Below, one piece after another: positions 39,610-53,179 of a stretch of DNA of 64,000 nt. The notes beneath the pieces are model-generated. The model was given only the letters and a program-made list of their open reading frames with translations, had not been told where the DNA came from and searched no databases. The position numbers were made by a program, and so were the translations under genes. The DNA comes from Octopus vulgaris. Its lineage: Eukaryota. Numbering within the stretch: position 1 is the stretch's first letter; every line of letters starts with the position of its first letter. Location: NCBI GenBank assembly GCA_951406725.2, contig OX597815.1, positions 11,780,001 through 11,844,000 on the forward strand, given 5' to 3'.

Positions 39610-40026
39610 GGCGCAGGAGTGGCTGTGTGGTAAGTAGCTTGCTAACCAACCACATTCTTCCGGGTTCAGTCCCACTGCGTGGCATCTTGGGCAAGTGTCT
39701 TCTGCTATAGCCCCGGGCCGACCAATGCCTTGTGAGTGGATTTGGTAGACGGAAACTGAAAGAAGCATGTCGTATATATGTATATATTTGTGTATGTGTG
39801 TGTATATGTTTGTGTGTATGTGTTTGTCCCCCTAGCATTGCTTCACAACCGATGCTGGTGTGTTTACGTCCCCATCACTTAGCGGTTCGGCAAAAGAGAC
39901 CGATAGAATAAGTACTGGGCTTACAAAGAATAAGTCCCGGAGTCGATTTGCTCGACTAAAGGCGGTGCTCCAGCATGGCCGCAGTCAAATGACTGAAACA
40001 AGTAAAAGAGTAAAAGAGTAAAGAGT
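39610..40026 (+). mobile_element. SINE family A (young, full length)
   Basis: GGCGCAGGAGTGGCTGTGTGG head to (AAAAGAGT)n tail; ATAAGTG repeated on both flanks. Confidence 0.95.
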
Positions 40027-40233
40027 ATAAGTGATACACATATAAGCTATACGCGCCTTTGCTTCTGTAATATATTTAAACAAAATGAAGCGTTAAACAA
40101 TGATATCATTGTTCGTAGTATCTCCTTGTTTTCCGATGGTTTTCCGCTCCACAAGCTGGCTTACTGTATCAGCGTAAAAGTTTGGCACCGCAGCCATTTA
40201 TGCATCGCTCCCTGCACTTCATCAACTGTTGCA
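40027..40233 (-). mobile_element. Mariner 3'-end fragment homologous to 35382-35593
   Basis: Shared TTAAACAAT..TAGTATCTCCTTG..TCCACAAGCT..AGCCATTTATGCA..CTTCATCAACTGT. Confidence 0.75.
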
Positions 40234-41930
40234 GTGGGAACTTCACACTAGCAAGGAAGCTCTGAAACAGAAACTGCAATGGCTTTTCAAGGGCTCGTTC
40301 GCATAATTTGAGAAGTAATGCTAGAAATCTGTTATGAAAAGCAACTGAGTTTGCGCTTACTCATCAATGGCCAGCATTACATATCTTATGTCGATGTAAT
40401 CACTTGTTACTCTCAGCCTTTTTACATCTTTATAGTGTTAGTACTGGCTCTGAATTCTATGGGAAATTTATTGTTTATCACTTAATGATTATGTATGTGT
40501 ATCGGTGATTGTACACGTCAATTAATGTATAAAATACAGATATGTACGCTTGTACATGTAGACGCTCATATTATATCAATATTTGAAATTAAAGAAATCT
40601 ATACAAAATGTCAATCCCTGAGGTTTAACATATGCGCAATATGAAAATTTCGTCCGAATCTTTGCCTCCGACACCTGACATTGAACGGCACTGATGATAA
40701 CAGATATTGAAATAAGCATAAGATATTTCTCTGTATCGATAAATATGAAATGCCTGTAGGACACTCTTAAGTGAACGAGAATATTATCTTTCAAGGTTTT
40801 TAATCAGATCTGATATAGTGATGTCAGTGAACCTTATATTTATTTGCTAAAAATTGGAACAGGATGCATCCACAACCAAACTATAATATGTTTTTCAATA
40901 AAGTGTAACTTAACAAAAGAAGATATGAAATAACTTGGAGCACAATTTGGCAAATATCATGAAGTTTGAATTAATATTTTCAACAATGGCAAAACTGGTA
41001 GTTACAATCGTAGCAATATCTAGTTCCCTTTTACGATTAATATTCCTGCAGAACTGCTTGTTATTGCTATAAATGGGCTTTTAGGTGCTTTACCAGACAC
41101 TAGTACTGAATAGGAAGGCCGAGAAGGGTAGACACGTAAAGAGTTTTCTTTGTTTGGTCCCCGTTTTAGATGCTGCATCATGAACAATATTACAAAATAT
41201 ATTTAAAATACTTCCAGTATCGGTGTTTATTTAAGAAGTTCGCAGAGAAGTTTCATGTTCGGGTGCACAGTGCATAACCCATTCGTATATATAAATAATA
41301 TATATAGGATATGAATGGTATGTATTGTTCTGTGTAAGTATGTGTAGCTTTTCGAAAGAGTGGCCTAGAATTATTGCAGTTCAACGATTGAAAGAATAAA
41401 AGAAAATCTATTTAATTCATATCTCTCTCTTGTAAACGGCAAGCTTAAGTAATTCAATGGAAATTTGGATGTTAATTTTAGCAGAGAGACTTCCAATTCT
41501 GGAGTGTTTTCATAGATTCAGATACGCAACTAGTCGACTCGTTATAGAAATAAATATGAAGACAAAATTAGAACTGAAATAGAATATTGTTTGCTACCGG
41601 TGCAATTCAGAATGTGTCTCCTAGCATAAACTATTCGGAAGAATATTAACAAGCAGTTAGAAAAATTAAGTCAGGTAGAAATAATTACATGATTTTGTTT
41701 TTACATGTTTTTCTATACTGCTACCAAATATTTATAAAATAATCAAGGAATATTATTAAATTTTCAAGCAATGAACGAAAAATGAAAAAGCATCTAGTTC
41801 AGGTGGATAAACCTTCCCTGCTTATTTAAATTGCAGCTCAAACACATGTGATACACAACAAATAGACACGGCATGTACACACATACTGATGGCCTCTTGT
41901 CATGTAGGGGGAATAAACAGAGTGATTATG

Positions 41931-42006
<76 letters not shown>

Positions 42007-42053
42007 TTTGTGTGCGTGTGAGTATGTGTGTGTGTACATAAATACGTATATAT

Positions 42054-42112
42054 AATTGTTTGTTTGTTTTCCACCTGCCTTCGTCTTTTGTCTATTTTCA
42101 TAAAGCTTCCCG

Positions 42113-42113
<1 letters not shown>
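42054..42113 (+). mobile_element. 3'-terminal fragment of the 9681-9877 element, inside (TA)n
   Basis: AATTGTTTGTTTG..TTCCAC.TGCCTTCGTCTTTTGT.TATTTTCATAAAGCTTCCCGT is the reverse complement of 9681-9740. Confidence 0.8.
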
Positions 42114-42203
<90 letters not shown>

Positions 42204-42213
42204 ATATATATGC

Positions 42214-42254
<41 letters not shown>

Positions 42255-42401
42255 CATTTATATATATATATATATACATATTTATATATACACATACACA
42301 CACGCACACAGGCATACATACACACACGCACACATAAACACATGCACACACACACACATATTTATATTTATGTATGCGTATGTATGTATGTATGTGTGTG
42401 T

Positions 42402-42545
42402 ATACGAGGGGTGCTGAAAAGTTCCTGGCCTTACGGGTATCGGGAAAAGCCCGGCTGGAGGTTCAGACTTCTATGTTGTTTTATAGGGCTTAGAAAACCT
42501 GAAGGGCCGCTGCAATAAGTGTGTGGATCTGAGAGGGAAATACAT
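42402..42545 (+). mobile_element. Mariner-derived MITE, partial
   Basis: TACGAGGGGTGCTGAAAAGTTCCTGGC TIR; RCNKCVDLRGKY; homologous to 6390-6587. Confidence 0.75.
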
Positions 42546-45500
42546 TATATATATATATATATATATATCAACACTGCACAAAATAACTCGATACGTCTTA
42601 TTTTATCTAACTCTCTAGATATTGTTAAATCTCATATTGTTCCCAATATAATAAATGCTCACACAAAAACTTATATACAATGCAGACTACTATAGGCTCC
42701 TTTAAAAAGCTAAATATGGTGTCGACTCCACCCGCAGTCTGAATCTCCTTCATCCATTATCAGAAACATCAAGAGGCTACTTAGTCACATTTGGACACTC
42801 AATGACTCAGAGGCACCGGAGACCATCACTTGGAACATTATATAAACAAAGCGCTCTGTGTTAGGATCATGTGACTAAATTATGCATTAACTACATCTCT
42901 GTTAATGGTGCAGTGTTATTTATTCTGAAACCCCTTGCATTCCTAATATTTCTTTATTTCAACAAATATAAAATATGCTTCAACTAAACCTTTATAATCA
43001 TTAACAGTTTTTCATTACTGCGCTCAGCAAAGGAATAAATGAACACGTATATTTGACACAATTGTGCAACAATGTTAGTTTACAAATTAAAAAGAAAACA
43101 TTTCTATAAGCCTAAAGTAGCATAAATCGAAATTTCATAAGAGAAAATATATCAAGTCTGAGAAGGTTAACCGACCCTTTACAGCAGTTATAATCTCGAT
43201 CGCAAATATCTTAAAGCTGATAATTATATTAAAACCATTCGAAAAAAAAAACTGATAGCGGGTGAAGAAACTCTAAAAGTGTAAGCATCTTGAATCTAAA
43301 AGAAATGCTATGTGTGTCATGGAATTAAAAACAGTATTATCAATAACTGAAGCACTGTGTATATTTTTTTAAAATGTATGAGCGACGCATATATAAGGAA
43401 CCATCGTTACACAATTAAAAAATGACTTGATACGTATATATCACATGGTACTAAGGCCTATTTAATGTTAAATCACAACTCGACAGGGCGATGTGTGCTT
43501 TCAATACTTGGCACTGAACACTTGGCAGGGAACACTCAATATAACACAAACTACACTCTGTGAGGACCAACATCTTGCGCTATAGCACCAATTAGATACA
43601 CAACTGATATTTCGGAAAAATGCAAAGGATTGATTCTATATTATCTACACAACACTTTCTCTATACAACTATTTCCCCAACGTTAGAACACCTAGCAGCA
43701 ATTGCATAGCACAAAGAAATCGCAAAAACTATGTAAGAAGATGACACCGCTCAGTTTTACAAGCTGTGCCCCGAGGATGAAATGAGAAGCAAAGTAGTAA
43801 CTGCACATGAGTTTATATCATCAAAACAAAGGAGTACCCGCACGTCAAGAACACAGAATTACGCTTGATAGATCGGTAAATGTTTACACGGAACTATCGA
43901 GCGTAATAACGGCCATGATCGCACACAAAAAGCAAGTTTTGTTTGTTTGTGGTAAGGAGAGATTTAGTCGATTTGATGAATCCGACTTATCTGGTACGTT
44001 CTGTTATCGACCATGGAGCGATAAAAGCTTGGCGTTCGTGTTACTACTGAGAAAGTAAGGAAACATAATTAAATACTGACACTTATTTAGTCCGTTGAAC
44101 CATAATAACATTCCACTTGAGAACTTTTGTAAACTGTATTTATTTTTCGGTGTGATATAACCGTAACTCTGAAATAACTCCTATGTAATCAAGCTAATCT
44201 CCGAAAAAAAGAAATTAATACCGAAAACAATTAAATTAAACCCAGGCACTGAAATTGGAATTAGAACAGATGTGTACGTACAAATAGGTAGGATTAATAG
44301 AAACTGATAATGCATGACAAATATAAATGTTAGAGAAATCAGTAAAGATTACTTCAGTGTAGTTAGAAAATAATAAAATCGGAACCAGATAATACATATA
44401 ATATCTTTACAGAGATTAGCCATCGAACTTACAAAAATACAGTTGTAACTTTGTGAATTAAAACTTAGTTGAACGAAATATTTTAGATAACAAAATATAA
44501 GAAACTTCTCAATTCATTCAGGATTCTCCATAATAATGCTGATAAGAATAATATATATCTACCATGCACGTAGAAAAGGACATTGGCTGCACACCAGAGA
44601 GGTGAGAAAGTAATAAATACAAGCGAACTGAATGATAATTTCACAGAGGAGAACGGTTTAGATTTTGACAAAAACGAAATGGTTAAAAGAACGTAAACGA
44701 AAATCTGAAATATGAAATCAAAAACAATAGTTTTAAAATGACTTGAAGAGAATTAAAGCATTCTCCGCTGGCAATAGACAGCATGAAGCGAAGAAAATGA
44801 TGTCTATCAAATTGAAAGCAAAGCTAACAATAGTTCTAAGGCTCAAGGCTTAAACAAAAAAAAAAACAAAAAACAGAAGTGTGTTTGTTTTAGCTACATG
44901 TGATCGAGGTATAAAAATATCGCTAATGCCCAAAAGAGTTAGCTACACAGTTTCAATGTTGCAAATATAAATAAACAAAATAAGAGACAAATATAAAACA
45001 GTAAAGTGGCTAGGTTAGTGAAAAGACTTGTACTAATTGCAGAGTATACAATCAGAACAAAATTAGTAATTGTTCACATCATCCTTGCCTCCCCATTTTG
45101 TACAAGTCAGTTTCAGTAATGTTTGATGATCTTGGTAGGAAAATAAATTTCAAACATCAGCTAAAATTCTCAGGTTTACAACTTAATGTGCAGTCAAAAA
45201 TAGACTGACGGACCACAGCCCACTTTTGAACCAGTTGAGCAACTCAAGAAGTACACTTAAAGCAAAATTCACCCACTGTGTAATCAACATTAATCAAAAC
45301 ACACGATAGGTACCCCTTACAGTTATTACCTGCCAAAATTACATTACACATACTGTACATATATTTCCCAAACAACGTGCGACCATACTACATACATCTA
45401 TTTATCGCTACCTAACATATCAAAGCCCATTCATTACAATAAAGAAAAGGAGCAGAAAAAACATTCTGCATTTACCAAACAAACCGGTTGAAGAAATTAC

Positions 45501-47186
45501 GTGTTGTAAATTTTGTCGTAATAGACATAGAGAAGATATTGTCAGGAAAATGATACATAAAAAGCATAGCACAGTTGAAGATATTGCCATACCATACAAT
45601 AACAGAATAGGGGCAGAAGAAATAGTAATGATTAACATAACGTACCAACATGGCTACGATTGAAACTCATTCTCAATTTACGAATGGAAATCTTCCCAAT
45701 TTTTATATAGAAGATGCTATATAAGCCAGCTCATGGAAGCTAAGATCCTGCTACAGCCATGCATATATTCTTGACACAATCATTTCTTCTCCTTTCATGG
45801 TCTTAGTTGTTCCCATTCCTCCAGGCCATTCATGATGAATGATAATTCTTCTTTCTCAGATGGAAGAGAGTCCCTTCTGAGACACTCCAACACTCCGTGT
45901 GTTCATAACTTTTCTGGAATGCCGACTTGGAACGTTCAAGAGAAATATTGCTGACATCCATTCCATGTGTATCAGAGGACATACAACCACCATGGCTATT
46001 GATTCCTTTTCAATAGGCTTAGTAAAACAAAGTACTGGGATTAACAGAGCAGCTGTACCAGAACTAGAGAAGCTATATCTATCTATTCTTCGATAATATT
46101 AAGGGGATTTTATCGATAATTCACAAAATCTTACACACGAAGGATTATTTTGTGAAATGACCCCTTACTCATTAATCTGTTTCTGACATATTTGAGGGGG
46201 GTTTCACTGGAATATCTATAAGAAATAACAACCTTGTGAATTGAGTTCAGTGAAGGAGTCCCCACTATTGTAGATTTGACATCGTAGTTAGTAGTGTTGC
46301 TGATATTGTTGATTATATTACGATTTAAATCTCATAGAATTGACCAAATATTAATGGAGTTTCAGCTGTACTAATTTAATTCTCGTTTCAGACCTAAGTG
46401 TAACCAGGAATACATTATGTAGTTAGCTCTTTCACGTGTAAGGTAGCGAAGTGTGATACGAGGTTTTATCCGTTTCAACATTGCAGATAAGCATAACGAA
46501 CAAAAGCTACCAAAGAGGGCCTCACAAATCATTATACTTTAAATATGCGTTAAATGAATTATCAATTAACTAAGGAACAGGTTGTAACTTTACATTGAAC
46601 CATACTCTAAAAACATTCTTATAATTGTTCCTACACTTACACTCCAAACGATAACTGGAAACTATTCTGGATATTTAAGGATGTCGCCGATTACATCGAC
46701 GTCACTATTTATTTCTGTTTAATGGATGTTTATTAAAACTTGTTTATCAAAGTGCTGAGTAACGAGGGGTTTCCCATTACAAAATGTAATTCTATAAAGT
46801 TTTACGTTTTGTTATACTCATAACTAGTTATATATCGACATCCTGAATGTTTGGTCGATAAGTTTATTATCGGAAGCTCATTTCCAGTTCACTTCCCCTT
46901 GATATTTACCATATATTGTATTATGTAATACTGTCCAATATAGGAGATCAGAGGGAGCAAGGGATATATTGTGGCTTGGTGATAATGAGCTATTCGTTTG
47001 ATTACATTCTACAGTAAGCAAATTCATTTATTTGCACATTTGATTAACTCAGATTCGAAAAAAATTCCAAGCTAGAACTTAAGCGTCCGTGGTAGACACT
47101 TGCGAACGTGGCTCTGTAGGATAAAATCCTATAATATGACCGAGCTAAGGCTATAGCTACAGTACATTTGTGAATACTAACTTTAA

Positions 47187-47383
47187 GGCTGCGAGCTGGC
47201 AGAAACGTTAGCACGCCGGGTAAAATGCTGAGCAGTATTCAATCTGAGTTCAAATTCCGCCGAGGTCGACTTTGCCTTTCATCCTTTCGGGATTCGAAAA
47301 GTTAAGTACCAGTTGCGTATTGGGGTCGATCTAATCGATTGGTCCTCTCTCCAAAACTTTCGGGCCTAGAGTAGAAAAGAATT
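47187..47383 (+). mobile_element. SINE family D, alternative tail
   Basis: GGCTGCGAGCTGGCAGAA head and GCCTTTCATCCTTTCGGG domain. Confidence 0.87.
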
Positions 47384-48023
47384 TACCCAGAATTATAACT
47401 ACTCTTCGTCCAACTCTCATTCAAAATTTTGCGTCACTCGTAGTAAATTTCTTTATATTTTCTCGTCCTGAGGAAGATCAAGTGTCAAGAACCTTGGTGT
47501 CTACCGTCATTATTTCAAAACGTTACACCGTGAGGTTTCCATCTTTTCCTACGAACTGCTGTAGTTTTAAAGCTTGTTATGGATTTGGTTAAAAAGAGAC
47601 GATGAGCGATGGCTAGAAGTATATTGAGTTCTTCATAACCAGCTGATCTAGCAAGCGGGGCCTCATATCAGTGAGGGGGGCCGGTGCACATTGCTGCCGT
47701 CGAGAGGTAGGCCCCGAAACGGCGCGCATTCTCTCCTGATGACCCCATACACTTGCTAGCTTCCGATATACGGATCTTTTAACTGGTAGCACTTGCATGT
47801 GCAAGTTGTTTGCAAGATATGTAGTATAATTTTTTATTCAATCCAGTGTTGTTTGTTTACAGTAAAGTACCTGAAAGTGCTTAGAATATCTCTTCAATGA
47901 TTATACACTTCAAATGCAGAAACAACGAACGATAAATTATTTATCACAGTCTCATTTCCAGAGGCGTTAGAAAAAAGCCAAGCTCAAAGATAAGATGAGA
48001 ATAACTGCAGACATTTATAATTG

Positions 48024-48186
<163 letters not shown>

Positions 48187-48254
48187 AGTCTATTTGATGT
48201 GCTAGCAAAAAACTTGAACTTTGTTAAGAACTTAAATTAAACTCATAGAAAAAA

Positions 48255-48503
<249 letters not shown>

Positions 48504-48639
48504 ACAACTGAGATAGGATTGGAGGTGATGGGATCTTTTGTCTCATGTTTTGTTTTGAGATTATGTTAAAAAATTGCAGTTTCTGGGTAAGAAAAGATTT
48601 TTTTTTGCAGTGAATTTATGTTTTGTGGGCCTGAATTGT

Positions 48640-49800
48640 ATAGGGAACGTACGGCACATGACCGCAGATTTTGATGAATTCTGAATCTGATGCTCAAGTC
48701 TTTTTTGACAACGCTGGTATCATATTCTCCACATTATGCAAATGATGTTCCACTCGTGGCGGCGCTGCAGACAATAAGGTCTCAATATTTCAAGGCGTTG
48801 CCAGTAATCAAGATCAATTATTTCTTTCATCGTTTTAGTTATTTGCTCTCTGGTTTGACACATTTCTGGTAATGTTTTGCATGGTGTGGAAAGACCACAG
48901 TAAGCAGCAGTAACCTAGGTGTGGTCGTACAAATGAAGACGAAAAAGAAATGATAACATCTTGCTTTTTGAACCGGAAGGATCCAGGAGTATATCCTGAG
49001 AATTAGATTAACAATTTGTTTTCATTCGAGCACTCCAGCCGAGATTTTCATCAACGATTACTCCTAAGTCCTCGATATTATTGGATCTTGTAAGTAGTTC
49101 TCTTGAATGAAGAGAATACGGTTGTTTTTGGTTACATATCTGCTTAAAACATGTAGATGAAACGATCTCCTCTATTGATGATATTCTGGTGTTTGGTGTC
49201 AACTGATTCCACCGATTGAAACGTATAGTTTTCCGTTCACTAGGAAATATATCCCATGTAGCTGTTTACAACGAATTCTAATACTGGGACATTTTTATCA
49301 AGAGGATTTTATGGCTGACACTGTCGAACGCTTTGAAAAAGTCAAGATGTATGACAATCAAAGTTCGTACCTGATCCCAATGCATTAAGGACATTGTTGA
49401 TATGTTATAAAATTTGTTTTACGCAGTCTCTTCCGCAGAGAAAGTCATGCTTGTTAAAATTTAAATGGTTGCGGCTCGTTAGGAAGTCAGTTATCCTTGA
49501 TATCGCCGCTCTTTCAAACACTTTGATTATAAGGGTATTGAGTGACATTGGGTGATAGTTAACTGCAAGAGACCTGTCTCCTTGGCTGAAGACCAGAATG
49601 CAACAGATTTGTTATAGAACCCCAGGTATTGATGAAATACTAATGGAAGATTTACTATATATTTTCTTAATAAATGTAGCTCCTTTTGGAAAAGAAATAC
49701 GTGTAATATGGAATTAATGATATTAAGCGTTTCCAGTTTTGTGACGACATATGACTACAGAGCAATGAATACTTTGTATTATTTAACAGCATTCTCTAGT
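48640..49800 (-). mobile_element. Heavily decayed CR1/L2-group LINE reverse transcriptase
   Basis: Minus strand NYHPMSLNTLIIKVFER, LDFFKAFDSVSH, IEDLGVIVDENLGW, SFVRPHLGYCCLLWS. Confidence 0.8.
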
Positions 49801-50107
49801 GATTTCAACTCCCCTAGTGATCATAACACCTACAGATATACATGGAGAAATGGAATAAATAGGTGAGTTTCATGAGGTCGCATCTTGGATTAGAACTCCA
49901 TCTACATATTGTATATACATATATGCATACTTATATACACATATAAACAAACATACACATACATATACACACACATACATATATAGATAGTTGTAGTATA
50001 AATAAATATGTTTAAATATACATATATATAATATATATTATATTATTATAGCTAAGATTCGGGTAAAAATGTTGGTGTGTTCTATGCAAAGTATGACTTC
50101 TTTGAAC

Positions 50108-50216
50108 AATCACCTGAGGAAGCGTTTATTACACCTTAGATGGAGGATAATAATTTACACGTTTTCTCACCAATGTACCACACGTGTAAATATGCCTCCA
50201 AACAATTATAGTGATT
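50108..50216 (+). ncRNA. Degenerate type I hammerhead-like motif with long stem II
   Basis: AATCAC-CTGAGGA...GCCTC-CAAAC-AATT-ATA-GTGATT: perfect 6-bp stem I, internal 10-bp hairpin, two substitutions from canonical GAAAC..GTA. Confidence 0.45.
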
Positions 50217-50269
50217 TTAAATAATGAATATTTTTCATATATATCTATATACATATCTCTCTCTATATA

Positions 50270-50423
<154 letters not shown>

Positions 50424-50639
50424 AAGATAGCGAGATACATACATACATGTACACACACCACATATAAAAGCACGCATCAACTGCTACACACAACATATAC
50501 ACACACACACGTTACACACGCACACATATACGTGAAAGGTGAAAGTCACTTTTACCCATTCACACATACATACTTACACTCTCACACACACCATTATCCC
50601 TCTCTCTCACCCACTCACGCTTTTTCCATGTTCGACTAT

Positions 50640-50814
50640 AGAACTCAACACGTTTTGTTCCTCCTCTCTCTATTTATTACCTCTTATTCCTTTCTGTCGA
50701 AGAACGTAGGGTCGAAGCGTAAAAGACTTTTCCATTATTCCCGAGCATCAAACTAATGCAGTTGTTTATTGTTCCTACACCTATCTCCGTATTTATCTTT
50801 CTTTAAATTTGAAC
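50640..50814 (+). mobile_element. Diverged copy of the hammerhead-carrying TA element
   Basis: CTTT-CTGTCGA-A-GAAC(GTAG)GGTC-GAAGCGT-A-AAAG at 50690-50725; ends at (TA)n. Confidence 0.6.
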
Positions 50815-50972
50815 TATATATATATATTGTACCTATTGTATTGTATTACTCATTCATGTACGCTGTTTTGTTTAACCTTAATGTTCTTATGTAGTGGTTC
50901 AATACAGTATGTGATTGGGTATTATCTGATAGTTGATTAATGATTTAGTTGTATTTCTCCATTTTTTGATTT

Positions 50973-51040
<68 letters not shown>

Positions 51041-51077
51041 CACACACACATATATACATAAACATATACATATACAT

Positions 51078-51500
51078 ACCCATTTCTGAGAATAGAAGTT
51101 TTGCCATTTCTATTCCTCCTTTGATCTCCTCCGTACATCTTCCATCTTCTGCGATCTAAATTCCGACGTAATTTCCGGGTGATATCTGCTTAATTATCCT
51201 TTGATTGTCCATGTTCAACATGCACTTTGGGTTTCCTTTTTTTTCAACTCCATAATCTCTGACGTCTTGGAATTTACGAACATATCTTTAATCTCACTTT
51301 CTCTGAGCAATATATCCAGAAGTCTCTGAAAACTCTTTTCCGATTGTGAAAGTAAGAGTAAGTCATCAGCTCATTTTATATTTATGAGGTTTCTGCCTCC
51401 TACTCTAAGACCTTTTCCTCCTCCAGTTTTCTAAGTATCTATTCAGTATAGTAATTCAAGAGATCTGATGACATAACATGAGCCGTGCATATCACTGGTA
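51078..51500 (-). mobile_element. RTE LINE RT fragment, inverted relative to the adjacent 3' part
   Basis: Minus strand [64 protein letters not shown]. Confidence 0.8.
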
Positions 51501-51506
51501 TATATA

Positions 51507-51905
51507 CACCTTGTTAATGTACAAATGTGAGGCAAAGTCTTAACTTCAGAAATGAGGAGGTCTTGGAGAGATGTGAAAGGTGGTTCTTAAGGAAAATATA
51601 CAGGATAGAATGAATAAAGTGTCTTATGAAGAAGCGATATCCCCAGTTGCAGTATATAAGAGACTGCGTTGTGAGATAAGGAAAGGTAGCCTGGAGAATT
51701 TAGCGAAGTCAGAAAGACTGAAGGGAAAAGAATCAGAACACTGAGAAGGATTATATGGATGCCAAGCTTGACAAACCTGTTGGAAGAAAGTGGTATTAAA
51801 CATCAGGATGTAAAACTATCACGGAATACAAAGAACTGAGGATTGTGACAGAGTATGATCGTCTATGTCCTACATTCTGGACATGGTACCGTAAGAAGAG
51901 GAAGA
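51507..51905 (+). mobile_element. RTE LINE 3' end
   Basis: LMYKCEA..LTSEMRR.LERCERWFLRKIYRIE..SMIVYVLHSGHGT, then an AAGAAGAGGAAGA tail. Confidence 0.75.
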
Positions 51906-52244
51906 TATAAAACAACACAAATTTGCTTCACTCATTTATGTATTCATAGAGTATATCATAATATATACTCCACCATCTTCGGATAAAATTTTGAACCGGT
52001 TTAAACAGTTGAGAAAATAGCTTTGATGATGACGAGGCCAGCCAACCTTTTTCGATATGGATACATTAAGAAAATTCTAAGAAAACAGCTGTCATGAATT
52101 CCAAACCTCATTTGGGCTCCTTTTTCTACCTACACCGCACCTAAAGCCAGCCCTTGGTCAGATCAGCTGTGTAAATTTGATTTGGTGCTTACATATCTAC
52201 AGTATCCTACAGTACATGATACCTTCACGGTTGTTTTACCTCTC

Positions 52245-52281
<37 letters not shown>

Positions 52282-53179
52282 GTGTGTGTGTGTGTGTATG
52301 TATATGTATATGTACATCTATATGTATATATGTGTCTGTATGTATGTATGCAGCAACCTAGACAACCTAGACAAACGTTTTCCCCTTGACGCAACTTCCA
52401 TATCAGAATCAAATTGCAGGCAACATACTGTCAAACGGATACATGTGGATCTATAATAATTTGGATACCTTAAAAATGACCGCCATCAATCTGTCTGGTA
52501 AATTGAAGCCATATTAACAACCACGAATTGAAGATGTTTCGCAGAATCGCCAACACTAGATAATAGTAGAATTAATTTTAATTATCTTTAGAAATTGCAC
52601 TATAGTCATTACTTCTTTTCTTCACTAATGTGTACGTGAAGAATTATATATGATCTTAAATTTTAAAAAACCCATAAATCTTGCATAGAGCTACCCAGGG
52701 ATTCTTAGTCGAGATATTAACTCATTTCGCCAGTTCTGAAGCTGGAATCAAGGCCTTTTGTTAGTTTTTTTTTCTGAATAAATAACTTTTCAAGAGAAAC
52801 GCTTATTAAAGAAGAAAAGAAAAAGGAAAAGCACAAGGGGGACAACCAATATTACAATAATTTGATGTCAAACAGAAGTACAGGAAGTGCTAACCGTTTA
52901 GAAAATATCCGGTGGTCTACATTTAGATTCTGACAAGGTCTATTATTTGAAATGTGGACATACAGAAAACATCTCGTTCCTCGAATTTATGTATTCGTCG
53001 GAGGTACTCAAATACTTCAACAGATACAGTTTTTCAAGCAAATACACTGGACTGTATCTAGACTGTATTTATAAAGGAGTTTCCATTTGATCCAAATTAG
53101 TCCCTTCGTCTTTAAATTTTCCGATTAAATCCAAACGTGTTGTTGAAGGGATGTATATATATATATATAGTCTATTATT

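Noticed and set aside
41421-41798. Possible third Helitron (TC start resembling 55423, CTAG near 41795)
   Set aside because: No 3' hairpin visible and interior not alignable by eye
45080-46300. Moderately complex region that might be a decayed TE ORF or exon
   Set aside because: No convincing motif in the frames I translated
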